DNA from: Patescibacteria group bacterium
Lineage (GTDB): Bacteria > Patescibacteriota > Minisyncoccia > UBA6257 > GWB1-50-10
Length of the DNA: 64,000 nt
Direction: 5' to 3'
Assembly: GCA_038065455.1 (NCBI GenBank)
Contig: JBBTQX010000002.1
Location: forward strand, 6,779 to 70,778
How positions within the stretch are numbered: position 1 is the stretch's first letter; each line of letters starts with the position of its first letter. Positions 9,016 through 17,645 of this stretch are shown here, in pieces. The notes below the pieces were generated by a model. That model searched no databases, was not told where the DNA came from, and saw nothing but the letters and a program-made list of their open reading frames with translations. The position numbers and the translations under genes are program-made.

Positions 9016-9717
9016 TTAATTTTCCATTGATTTTTCGAGCGACTTTAAGAATCTTATCGGCTTCGTGTAATCCATCCGTTTCGGACCGATGGTAATCATC
9101 AGGAAATCTTCCGGCCCGCGATTGAAATAAGTGGCGAAAACGGAAATATGGGGACTCCGCGTGACCGGGCTCTGGCCCACGAAAACGCGCGGCCAATCTT
9201 TTTCCTTCTCCCACCAGGATTTATTTTCCAATATCCTTTCCGGCAATTTCTCGAAATCCCGCACCACCTCCACCAAATCTTTCTTGGCCACGGTATCGAG
9301 CTGTTCTAAAAGTTCCTCCAGTCCGCTGCCGAAAAATTCGCCTTCGTGAGGCAGGAATCCCACACCCATAAGACCGAGTTCTTCGGCCACCTCTTCCACG
9401 AAAGATTTTCTCCCGCCTCTCATAAAATCCGCGGTCAATTCTTTTAGGACATTCGAATCCTTTTCTTTTTTCGGCTCCTCAGTCAAAAATTGTTCGGCCA
9501 AGAAGCGATAGGCTTTGTCGGTCGGAATCCGCCCGCCCGAAGGATGTTTGCGGGAAAAGTAGCCGTCTTCGGCCAACTCGGAAAGCTCCAGTCGAATCAT
9601 GGCCGGCCGGATGCCAAAATCGTAGTTCTCAAAAAGATGGTCGGAGGTGACCGGCTGGCCCGTTTTCACGAAGTCCCGCACCGCCGCTTCCAATATATCT
9701 CTGCTCCTTTCCGTCAT
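9016..9717 (-). CDS. hrcA: heat-inducible transcription repressor HrcA (short form)
   Basis: N-terminal winged-helix region (ILEAAVRDFVKTGQPVTS) and position first in the hrcA-grpE-dnaK operon. Confidence 0.75.
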   Translation of the reverse strand: MTERSRDILEAAVRDFVKTGQPVTSDHLFENYDFGIRPAMIRLELSELAEDGYFSRKHPSGGRIPTDKAYRFLAEQFLTEEPKKEKDSNVLKELTADFMRGGRKSFVEEVAEELGLMGVGFLPHEGEFFGSGLEELLEQLDTVAKKDLVEVVRDFEKLPERILENKSWWEKEKDWPRVFVGQSPVTRSPHISVFATYFNRGPEDFLMITIGPKRMDYTKPIRFLKSLEKSMEN

Positions 9718-9718
9718 A

Positions 9719-9757
9719 GTGGGAATTATATATTAGCACTCAAATGTGTCAAGCGCC
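9719..9757 (-). promoter_or_regulatory. degenerate CIRCE-like operator overlapping a -10 box, upstream of hrcA
   Basis: On the minus strand: TTGGCGCTT-N9-GAGTGCTAA, then TATATAATT, then ccact and ATG. The right half is perfect CIRCE, the left half 6/9. The TATAAT lies ~10 nt from the ATG, hinting at a leaderless mRNA. Confidence 0.4.
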
Positions 9758-9765
9758 AATTGATT

Positions 9766-9921
9766 GGGATACCGTGCCCCTATTCCCTTCAGCACCGGGT
9801 GTCGCGGTTCTCCCGCGGAACCGCGCACCACTAAGCTCTCGGCGAAAAATCCACCCTTCTGGGTGGAGCCGAGCTTTTTCGCCTCCGAGATTTGCTTCAG
9901 GGAACACGGGCACGGTATCCC
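9766..9921. ncRNA. 156-nt GC-rich highly structured element closed by a perfect 14-bp inverted repeat (candidate ncRNA/riboregulator, or MITE)
   Basis: GGGATACCGTGCCC..GGGCACGGTATCCC closing helix, extended by TTCCCTTCAGCA/TGCTTCAGGGAA. Internal hairpins CGCGGTTC-tcccgcg-GAACCGCG and CTCGGC[..CACCC-ttct-GGGTGG..]GCCGAG; alternative pairing GGCGAAAAA/TTTTTCGCC; U-runs after the hairpins. Confidence 0.4.
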
Positions 9922-10099
9922 TTATTTCCAAAAAATTATTTATTTAACAAATATCCTTATTGCAACCTACATTTATCTAAATAAATATCAAATGAATAAG
10001 GGGTTATTATCCCAGAAAATGAAATTTTCTGATTAATTTTTAATGCTGCTGCGGTTTTTGCCCAATCTGAATCAAAGAGACAATGTATTATTTAATGTT

Positions 10100-10915
10100 C
10101 TACGGGCAGGTGGCGGTCGAGGTGGCGATAGCGCCAGTATTTGAAATACCCAAAAGGAAGCAGGTGCCGCCTGCCGATTTCAAAATGACGCCGTAAGCCG
10201 AATCGGAAAATCCGATATTCCCCGCCGCTTTAATGAGCGCATTGGTAGAAGGCGAAAAATTTACTCCCAAGCCGATCTGGCCATATTGGCCGCCGATTGA
10301 AACATTATTATTGAAATAGCCCGTGTACCACGGATTCACGGCTGTACCCAATGTAAGAGAACTAGAGGCGGCGGTGGGATAAACTGCCGAATCGAATTGG
10401 GCAGCCGAAACTCGAGCAATGGCTGTCTGAAGCGAACGAGTAAGTTGAGCGGAAGGAGTAGGCGAATTGTAAGTCATTGTGACGCCCAATTGAATGATGG
10501 CGAGCCCACCGGGATTTTCGTATTTGGTAGCCGTAAAACTATTGACGGTCACGTTGGAATTGGTAATGGCGACGGGCGTGCTTGATGGAATCACCGAACC
10601 CTCGCTCAAGTAAACCGCGGTACCGCTCGCGTAAATAAGGGTCGGGTCGAGCGTCGAGGAAGTCATCCTTAACTTGATAGTCGAGGTTGCGACGCCGCCT
10701 TCCATATCAATCAGGCTCGAATCGCGAACTAATTGCTGGACAGTGCCCGCGACGAAAGAAACTTGGTTGTTAACCTCATTCACGGAGTTTTGGCGAGTTT
10801 GGATCCTCGTAACCGAGAGCAAAATCGCCGTCAAAAACACCGCGCTCCCCGCGAAGATGGCGACATAAATAAGAAGTTCAATAAGTGAATAGCCTTTTTC
10901 TTCCTTGAAATTCAT
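10100..10915 (-). CDS. type IV pilin-like / pseudopilin (class III signal peptide)
   Basis: KGYSLIELLIYVAIFA prepilin cleavage/methylation motif after the internal Met; Ser/Thr-rich body. Confidence 0.65.
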   Translation of the reverse strand: MNFKEEKGYSLIELLIYVAIFAGSAVFLTAILLSVTRIQTRQNSVNEVNNQVSFVAGTVQQLVRDSSLIDMEGGVATSTIKLRMTSSTLDPTLIYASGTAVYLSEGSVIPSSTPVAITNSNVTVNSFTATKYENPGGLAIIQLGVTMTYNSPTPSAQLTRSLQTAIARVSAAQFDSAVYPTAASSSLTLGTAVNPWYTGYFNNNVSIGGQYGQIGLGVNFSPSTNALIKAAGNIGFSDSAYGVILKSAGGTCFLLGISNTGAIATSTATCP

Positions 10916-10947
10916 AGTTCTTTTCTCTTTATAGTATAATAACACAA

Positions 10948-12768
10948 ATGAAAGATAAGTTTTACGGTTTTATTCCATCTATTCTTCTTGTAATCATCGT
11001 TCTGGGAAGCGGACTATTAATGTTTGATGTTTCCCGGCAAGAATCGGCGACAATGGATGAATTGGCCCATATTCCGGCCGGCTATTCCTATGTAAAATAT
11101 CTGGATTATCGCCTGAATCCAGAGCATCCCCCGCTCTTGAAGGTACTCGCCGCCCTTCCGCTCCTCGGCATGGACCTCAAATTTCCGACGGACAGTCCCA
11201 AATGGGAAAAAGAAGTAAATTACCAATGGGATATAGGTTCTCTTTTCCTTTTCAATTCGGGCAATAATCCGGACGACATCGTAAAAAACGCCCGAATTTT
11301 TCCGATAATCATCACACTTCTTACCGTTATTCTTATTTACCTTTGGTCCCGAGAACTTTTGGGCAAATGGTGGGCGCTTCTGCCCGCCTTCCTTTTCGCC
11401 GTCTCCCCCTCCGTATTGGCCCACGGACACTATGTGACGACGGACATCGCTGCCGCTTTCGGCTTTCTCCTCGCTACTTATCTTTTCGTTAAATTCCTGA
11501 ACCGGCGAAGCGGTCTGAATATTATTTTGGCCGGCATCGGACTCGGCATCGCTTTGCTTCTGAAATTCTCCACAGTCCTTTTGATCCCTCTTTTCATCGC
11601 GCTCGCGTTCTTCTACTGGCTCGGCGAAAAAATCCGGGGATTCGAAACGAGTTTCTGGCGACACGCGAAAAATCTGATATTAATTTTTATTGTCGCGCTC
11701 GCCGCCATCTATGCCGCTTACTTCGTCTTTACTTTGAACTATCCGATCGAGAAACAGGTAAGCGATACGAAAAGTATCTTGGAAAATTTCCAGCCTCAAG
11801 CACTCGCCCAATTCAACGTGAAATTATCGGAAAGCCGGCTCATGCGCCCGCTCGGAGAATATTTCCTCGGTGTGATGATGGTGATCCAACGCTCGGCCGG
11901 CGGAAACACTTCTTATTTTTTGGGCGAGGTTTCGAAAATCGGCTGGCATTATTACTTCCCTGTCGTCTTCCTCCTTAAAGAATCTATTCCCGCCCTTATT
12001 CTGCTCTTCCTCTCGATGTTCTTCGGGCTGAAAAACATTATTGTAAAATTCAAAGGCGGGAAAATATTCCAAAAATTCGCCGAATATCTCGGTACCAATT
12101 TTGCCGAGTTCAGTCTATTCCTCCTTATTCTCCTATATTGGGCTTACAGCATAAATAGCACGCTGAATATCGGCTTCCGCCATCTTCTGCCATTGATAGC
12201 CCCGATGTATATTCTCGCCGCGAGCGGTCTAAAAAATTGGCTGAGTGCTGGGTCAAATAACGGCCCGAAACGCGCTATTCTTGCGATTGTACTCGTCTGG
12301 TGCGCGGCCGAAACTTTTGCAGCCTACCCCTATTTCCTCTCCTATTTCAACGAAATCGGCGGCGGAACGATGAACGGCTACAAATATGTTGTGGATTCCA
12401 ATTATGACTGGGGGCAAGACTTGAAACGCCTTGCAAAATTCGTGAAGAATCCGCCGGGCGGCGGAAGTATTGAGAAAATCGCCGTGGATTATTTCGGCGC
12501 CGGCGACCCGGCATATTATCTCGGCAAAGACACGGTGGAGGGTTGGTATTCCTCGAAAGGCGACCCGCGGGAAGAGAATATCGAATGGCTCGCGGTGTCG
12601 GCGGAATTTCTTCAGAACTCCGTCCAGCCGACCGACAGTACCATTACCCGGAAACCCGGCGAGGATTACGGCTGGCTGAAAGAATTGCGCCCGGCTCCCG
12701 CCGGACTCGGCAACACTCCCCAGCCGGATTACCGTGTCGGCACCTCCATCTTCATATATCACTTGTAG
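10948..12768 (+). CDS. GT39/ArnT/PMT-family membrane glycosyltransferase (phospholipid-carrier dependent)
   Basis: About 10 TM helices; N-terminal YV..LDYRLNPEHPPL.K motif; large C-terminal periplasmic domain. Confidence 0.6.
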   Translation: MKDKFYGFIPSILLVIIVLGSGLLMFDVSRQESATMDELAHIPAGYSYVKYLDYRLNPEHPPLLKVLAALPLLGMDLKFPTDSPKWEKEVNYQWDIGSLFLFNSGNNPDDIVKNARIFPIIITLLTVILIYLWSRELLGKWWALLPAFLFAVSPSVLAHGHYVTTDIAAAFGFLLATYLFVKFLNRRSGLNIILAGIGLGIALLLKFSTVLLIPLFIALAFFYWLGEKIRGFETSFWRHAKNLILIFIVALAAIYAAYFVFTLNYPIEKQVSDTKSILENFQPQALAQFNVKLSESRLMRPLGEYFLGVMMVIQRSAGGNTSYFLGEVSKIGWHYYFPVVFLLKESIPALILLFLSMFFGLKNIIVKFKGGKIFQKFAEYLGTNFAEFSLFLLILLYWAYSINSTLNIGFRHLLPLIAPMYILAASGLKNWLSAGSNNGPKRAILAIVLVWCAAETFAAYPYFLSYFNEIGGGTMNGYKYVVDSNYDWGQDLKRLAKFVKNPPGGGSIEKIAVDYFGAGDPAYYLGKDTVEGWYSSKGDPREENIEWLAVSAEFLQNSVQPTDSTITRKPGEDYGWLKELRPAPAGLGNTPQPDYRVGTSIFIYHL

Positions 12769-13541
12769 TAAATCCGATTTGGAACCCTTAAGTCAATGTA
12801 TCCCGCCGCACCGACATTAATCTCTTTCTTCAGGTTTTTAAGAACGGAATCTAGGTTCTCAGGTGAGAAATTCAAACTGAAATAGAAATTCGATCCTTTG
12901 GCCGTGCGCGCTGTCCATTCGCGGAGCGATAAATCCCCTATTTCGGCCGAGACGACTTTCAATCCGTTCCGATTCAGGACTTCAATGGATTGCTTCAAAT
13001 TAGCAAACCATTCGGGCCTCGAAAAAAGTCCTTGGCCGGGAAAGAAAAATCTTTTGTTGATGTCACTTATCTTCAGTATCAAAAAGCCGGAAACCGAGGG
13101 TACCTTGCTGAAAATCACGCCGTTCTCGTCGAGACCGAAACAGGAAAGATTATTCTCGTCGCAAACCACCCCCCAAAGCTGTCTTTCCCCGGCTGAGATT
13201 TTCACGGAATGCTTCCAGAAATCGGTCTCGACTTTCAAATCTTTCACAGCCGGAATGCGGTAGAGCGAATCGGGATATTTGCCGAACTCCCAAAAGAGAA
13301 TATTTTCGGGACCCACCATCGCCCGGAATTTTCCCTCAAGCATCCGAGTTTTGAGGGAATCGAATATTTCTTCCCGCGAAATGCCCGGAAGATTCGGCAC
13401 GTCGAAATTCTGCACCTTAAGCCAAGGCGAACGGAGAATAAAATAAAACAAGCCAATCAATACGATAAAAAAAAGAAAGAAACCGCCCAAAACAAAATAA
13501 AACCGAAAATGGTGCTTTTTTTTTGTTATCAGGTTTTCCAT
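12759..13541 (-). CDS. FtsQ/DivIB-like cell division protein (TM helix plus POTRA-like domain)
   Basis: N-terminal basic region, single TM helix, then an LKVQNFDVPNL..ISREEI POTRA-like start. Confidence 0.4.
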   Translation of the reverse strand: MENLITKKKHHFRFYFVLGGFFLFFIVLIGLFYFILRSPWLKVQNFDVPNLPGISREEIFDSLKTRMLEGKFRAMVGPENILFWEFGKYPDSLYRIPAVKDLKVETDFWKHSVKISAGERQLWGVVCDENNLSCFGLDENGVIFSKVPSVSGFLILKISDINKRFFFPGQGLFSRPEWFANLKQSIEVLNRNGLKVVSAEIGDLSLREWTARTAKGSNFYFSLNFSPENLDSVLKNLKKEINVGAAGYIDLRVPNRIYYK

Positions 13542-13548
13542 TTTATTA

Positions 13549-14151
13549 TTACTGATACACGCGCACTGGGAACGAATAAATATTCGTGGAAACGCTGTTA
13601 CCTACGCTCACATTCACCTTATAATCGCCTTCGTTCTTCCAGATATGGCTTACAATAATAGTCTTGCCGGTTTCCGTCGCACCCTGGTCTTTCAGGCCAT
13701 CGCCCCAATCAATTTTATAAACCTGGCCGCTGTTTACGGAAAATGACAGGGGTTCATTCATCTTTATCACTATCGTCGCCGGAGGCGGCGGAACATTGAA
13801 AGCGGAGCTGGTCGGCGCGGGAATAATTCCTGAAAGCGGGCTCGCCGGAATTTGCGTTTGGACGAACGCCGGAACGGAAGAGGCCACACCGGACAAATTC
13901 AAACCAGCCGATTGGATTTCTTCTCCTACGCTCGCGATGAAATTCCCCACTTGGTTTTTTACGAACGCCGTGGCGGTTTGTTTCGTCGAACTCGCGACGG
14001 ATTTGGCATAATCGCCGATTTTTTGGCCCGCCTCTTCCCTGATCGCCTTTCCACTATCGGCCTTCCACCAATTGTCATAAGCGTAAAAACCCCCGTAAAC
14101 CGCTCCGCCCAAAATCGCAACCCAAAGAATGAATTTCAAAAAAGTCTTCAT
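13549..14151 (-). CDS. hypothetical secreted/anchored protein with a C-terminal beta-sandwich-like domain
   Basis: N-terminal TM/signal region, Pro-rich linker, beta-rich C-terminus. Confidence 0.4.
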   Translation of the reverse strand: MKTFLKFILWVAILGGAVYGGFYAYDNWWKADSGKAIREEAGQKIGDYAKSVASSTKQTATAFVKNQVGNFIASVGEEIQSAGLNLSGVASSVPAFVQTQIPASPLSGIIPAPTSSAFNVPPPPATIVIKMNEPLSFSVNSGQVYKIDWGDGLKDQGATETGKTIIVSHIWKNEGDYKVNVSVGNSVSTNIYSFPVRVYQ

Positions 14152-14199
14152 TAGATTAATTCTACTAAATTGGTAGGAGTTAGAATAGCAGAACCTTCC

Positions 14200-14420
14200 T
14201 TCTAAAACACGCTATCAAATTCCCCGGCGTGGAATTTGCGCTCGCTCTCGGCCTCACTCTTCCGCTTCGCGGAAACCTTGCCCGTTCGGCCTGCGAGACG
14301 GTTTAAGGAGCAGGAAAATAGGACTGTTTGAATCCCGAAGCGAAGCGGAGGTTAAGTTCCGCATTTTCCGTCGGCGGATGATGAGGAATGAGCCTTGAAA
14401 TTATCCGAGCGGAGAGCTGT
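14200..14420. other. GC-rich, hairpin-dense 290-nt intergenic segment (possible ncRNA or leader)
   Basis: TTCCGC-TTC-GCGGAA, CCTGC..GCAGG and GCGGAggttaagTTCCGC hairpins, plus an unusually long spacer for this genome. Confidence 0.25.
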
Positions 14421-14443
14421 TGATGAGTGGAGAAGAAATTACC

Positions 14444-15709
14444 CTACCCAATCTCCTTCTTTCCGACGTAATCCTGAAGCGCTTTCGGAACCCTCACCTT
14501 CCCCTCTTTCGTCTGATAATTTTCCAAAATAGAAATAATGGTCCGGCCGATGGCGAAGGCCGTGCCGTTCAAGGCATGCGTGAACTCCTTCTTCCCTTCG
14601 GCTGTTTTATATTTGACGTTTATGCCCCGCGTCTGGAAATCGGCGGTATTGGAACATGAATGCGTTTCGCGATACTCGTTCTGGCCCGGAAGCCAAGTTT
14701 CAATATCAAATTGGCGCGCACCTACCCAATCCATATCACCGGTGCAAATCTCCACCACCCTATATGGCAATTCCAGCTTCTGCATCAACTTCTCTTGGAG
14801 CGAAACCAAAAATTGATGCTCTTTTTCGGAATCTTCCGGTTTTGAGAAAGAGAACATTTCTACCTTATCAAACTGATGGACCCGTAATATCCCTTTTGTG
14901 TCTTTGCCATATGAACCGGCCTCGCGCCGAAAACAGGTCGAAAAACCGACATAGCGGCGCGGCAAATCTTTTCCTTCGAAAACTTCGTTCATTTGGAGCG
15001 GGCCCAAAGTATGTTCGGCGCTTCCCACTAAATATAAATCATCCTTGGGCAAATAATATTTATCTTCTTTTTGTTCGCCCACAAGTTTTCCCATGCCGGC
15101 AAATACGTCCGATTTTATCATCACGGGCGGCACCACGGGAATGAATCCCTCTTCCAATAATATTTTGAACGCGAGTTGAACCAGACCGAATTCCATGAGC
15201 GCCGCTTCATTCATCAAATATCCGAAACGACTGCCGGAAACCTCGGCGGCCTTTTTCACGTCGATAAGACCGAGCTTTTCTCCCAAAGAAAGATAATCTT
15301 TGGACTTGAATCCGTCCTCGGCGGAGAATTTTGGTTTCTCGCCCCATTCCCGGATCACTTTATTCCCGTTTTCGTCTTTCCCGATCAAAACGTCTTCGAA
15401 GGGGATATTCGGAATCTTATTCAAAATTTCATCGCGTTTGGTCTCGAGAGTTCCGCGCTCCGCTTCAATGTCGCCGATGCGCTGTTTCAAAAGCTGGGCG
15501 CGGCTTATCAAATCCTCTTTCCGTTCCTTCGCCAATTCCTTCGAGAGTTCGTTCTGCTCCGCCTTGAGCTCGTCCAATGCTTTTACCTTCGTTCGCCACT
15601 CCTCATCCACCCGCAGGAATTTATCCACCAATTTCGGATCGGCTTTTTTCTTCTCTATCCCCCTTTTTACTTTGTCGGGATTCTCCCGAATGAGATTTAT
15701 ATCGAGCAT
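14444..15709 (-). CDS. serS: seryl-tRNA synthetase
   Basis: N-terminal coiled-coil arm; class II motifs; 421 aa. Confidence 0.9.
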   Translation of the reverse strand: MLDINLIRENPDKVKRGIEKKKADPKLVDKFLRVDEEWRTKVKALDELKAEQNELSKELAKERKEDLISRAQLLKQRIGDIEAERGTLETKRDEILNKIPNIPFEDVLIGKDENGNKVIREWGEKPKFSAEDGFKSKDYLSLGEKLGLIDVKKAAEVSGSRFGYLMNEAALMEFGLVQLAFKILLEEGFIPVVPPVMIKSDVFAGMGKLVGEQKEDKYYLPKDDLYLVGSAEHTLGPLQMNEVFEGKDLPRRYVGFSTCFRREAGSYGKDTKGILRVHQFDKVEMFSFSKPEDSEKEHQFLVSLQEKLMQKLELPYRVVEICTGDMDWVGARQFDIETWLPGQNEYRETHSCSNTADFQTRGINVKYKTAEGKKEFTHALNGTAFAIGRTIISILENYQTKEGKVRVPKALQDYVGKKEIG

Positions 15710-15710
15710 T

Positions 15711-17159
15711 TTATTTTTTATCTTCGCGCATCAAGGGAAAAACGACTGTTTCCCGAATCGGCTTATCCATTAATACCGAAAAGACCCGCTCGGACATTCC
15801 GAAACCGGCCGCGGGCGGCATGCCATATTCCATCGCTTCCAAGAAATCTTCGTCCAAATACTGGGCTTCTTTATCACCCTTCGCCCGCAAGGCCATCTGG
15901 GCCTCAAAACGCTCCCGCTGGTCCAAGGGGTCGTTCAGCTCCGAAAATCCTTTGCCGAGTTCCGTACCATAAGCCATTATCTGCAGGCGCTCAACACGCC
16001 GTGAATCCTCGGCGGAACGCTTAGCCAAAGGCTCTATTTCCACCGGCGGATTTACGAGGAATCCGGGCTCCACAAGCTTCGGTCGAACAGTCTTTTTGTA
16101 GATAAGATCGATGAGCCGGCCCCTTTGTGCCGAAGGCTCGTATTTCAAACCCAGTTCATCCGCCTTCTTTTTGAGTCCGCTATCGGAAACCTTGTTCAAA
16201 TCCAATCCGGCGTATTTTTTGAAAAGCTCGTAATAATCGTAGGTCTTCCAGGGCTTGCCCCAGTCGGCTTCGTATCCCTGGCTCTTAATTTTGAGAGTTC
16301 CGAAAGTTTTTTTGATGACCGTTTGAAACATTTTCGGAAGGAATTTCATCAAATCCCGATAATTGGCATAAGCCCAATAAAACTCCATATGCGTGTAATC
16401 CTGAAGATGTTCGGCATCGATGCCTTCGTTCCGGAAGATACGCCCGATTTCGAAGACTTTTTCGTAGCCGCCCACGAGCAATTTTTTGAGCGGAAGTTCC
16501 AGGGAAATGCGCAGATAAAAATCCCGATCCAGGGCATTGTGATGGGTTTTGAATGGTTCGGCTTCCGCTCCGCCCGGCAATCCCTCCAGAACCGGCGTCT
16601 CCACTTCGAGAAAATTTTCCTGTTTCAAAAAATCCCGCACCGCGCCCCAGAAAACGCTCTTTTTTACGAACATTTCCTTCACTTCGGGATTCAGAATCGT
16701 ATCGAGATACCGCTTCCGCAGGCGGGTTTCCGTATCCTCGAGACCATACCAGCTCTGGGGCAACGGCCGCAAGCTTTTGGCGATAATCCGGGCCTGTTTC
16801 GCCAGGATGGATCTTTCTCCCCGCTTCGTTTTAAAAAGCGTTCCCTTCGCTTCCGCGAAATCTCCGATATCGAGCGTTTCCTTTAATATATCAAAATTAT
16901 CCGTCTCTCCCTTCTTGAGGATGAGCTGAATCTGCCCGCTCTCGTCTTTCAAATCGGCGAAGATTATCCCGCCCTGGCCCCTCACGGCTCCCACCCGTCC
17001 GGCGAGCCATAAAACTTTCTTCGATTTCGCCAACTTCGGAAAAGCGGAAACCGCCTCCTTTACGGACGCAGTCCTTTTTACTTCGGCGGGATATGGATCG
17101 GCGTATTTTTTGTAACGCTCGAGCTTTGCCTTCCGTTCCCGGATTAAATCTTCCAGCAT
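15711..17159 (-). CDS. lysS: lysyl-tRNA synthetase (class II)
   Basis: OB anticodon-binding domain plus class II core (FRNEG, GGxxxG motifs). Confidence 0.9.
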   Translation of the reverse strand: MLEDLIRERKAKLERYKKYADPYPAEVKRTASVKEAVSAFPKLAKSKKVLWLAGRVGAVRGQGGIIFADLKDESGQIQLILKKGETDNFDILKETLDIGDFAEAKGTLFKTKRGERSILAKQARIIAKSLRPLPQSWYGLEDTETRLRKRYLDTILNPEVKEMFVKKSVFWGAVRDFLKQENFLEVETPVLEGLPGGAEAEPFKTHHNALDRDFYLRISLELPLKKLLVGGYEKVFEIGRIFRNEGIDAEHLQDYTHMEFYWAYANYRDLMKFLPKMFQTVIKKTFGTLKIKSQGYEADWGKPWKTYDYYELFKKYAGLDLNKVSDSGLKKKADELGLKYEPSAQRGRLIDLIYKKTVRPKLVEPGFLVNPPVEIEPLAKRSAEDSRRVERLQIMAYGTELGKGFSELNDPLDQRERFEAQMALRAKGDKEAQYLDEDFLEAMEYGMPPAAGFGMSERVFSVLMDKPIRETVVFPLMREDKK

Positions 17160-17171
17160 TTATCTGGTTGG

Positions 17172-17645
17172 TTAGTCAACGCTTAAAACGATATATTCAA
17201 CCGGCCCCTTGGGGGTTTGAATCTGTATTTTTTCGCCGGATTTCTTGCCCAAAAGTTCGTGTCCCAAAGGAGACTCGTTGGAGATGAGTCCGCCCGCCGG
17301 ATCGGCTTCATTCGATCCGACCATGGTGTAATTGACGGCCGAGCCGTTCTTATTGAGCGAGATTTTGGAACCAAGCCTGACCACGCCCGTGCTCGAAAGC
17401 CCGGTGGCGGACTGCTTCTCGAAAATAGCGGAATTTTTAATGAGATCGTCCAATTCGGCGATCTTTTTCTCCAAAATGCTCTGGTCTTCCCTAGCCGACT
17501 GGTATTCGGCATTCTCCGAAAGATCACCCAAATCCTTGGCGTGCTTCAAGCGCTCCATCACGGATTGACGGCCCTCTTTCTTCAGTTTATCCAGTTCGTC
17601 CACGAGCTCGTTATAACGCTCTTTGGTCAGATATTTTTTAGCCAT
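17172..17645 (-). CDS. greA: transcription elongation factor GreA
   Basis: N-terminal coiled coil with acidic tip (DLSENAEY) and C-terminal FKBP-like domain. Confidence 0.9.
   Translation of the reverse strand: MAKKYLTKERYNELVDELDKLKKEGRQSVMERLKHAKDLGDLSENAEYQSAREDQSILEKKIAELDDLIKNSAIFEKQSATGLSSTGVVRLGSKISLNKNGSAVNYTMVGSNEADPAGGLISNESPLGHELLGKKSGEKIQIQTPKGPVEYIVLSVD

Noticed and set aside
9731-9757. Full CIRCE (TTAGCACTC-N9-GAGTGCTAA) upstream of hrcA
   Set aside because: Only one half-site is canonical and the other is 6/9. It is kept as a low-confidence degenerate operator rather than a firm CIRCE.
9766-9921. Identification as SRP RNA, 6S RNA, RNase P RNA or tmRNA
   Set aside because: None of the diagnostic motifs (SRP GGAA/AGCAGC domain IV, RNase P P4 GGAAAGUCCGG, tmRNA tag ORF plus tRNA-like end) could be found by eye. 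It is left as an unclassified structured element.
9744-10036. Three short ORFs (60-90 aa) covering the GC-rich structured element
   Set aside because: They overlap one another on both strands inside a region dominated by stable hairpins. Reading it as RNA or repeat structure is more parsimonious.
14420-14659. 79-aa plus-strand ORF in the serS downstream spacer
   Set aside because: It overlaps the serS 3' end antisense and the hairpin-rich spacer, with no coding signal.
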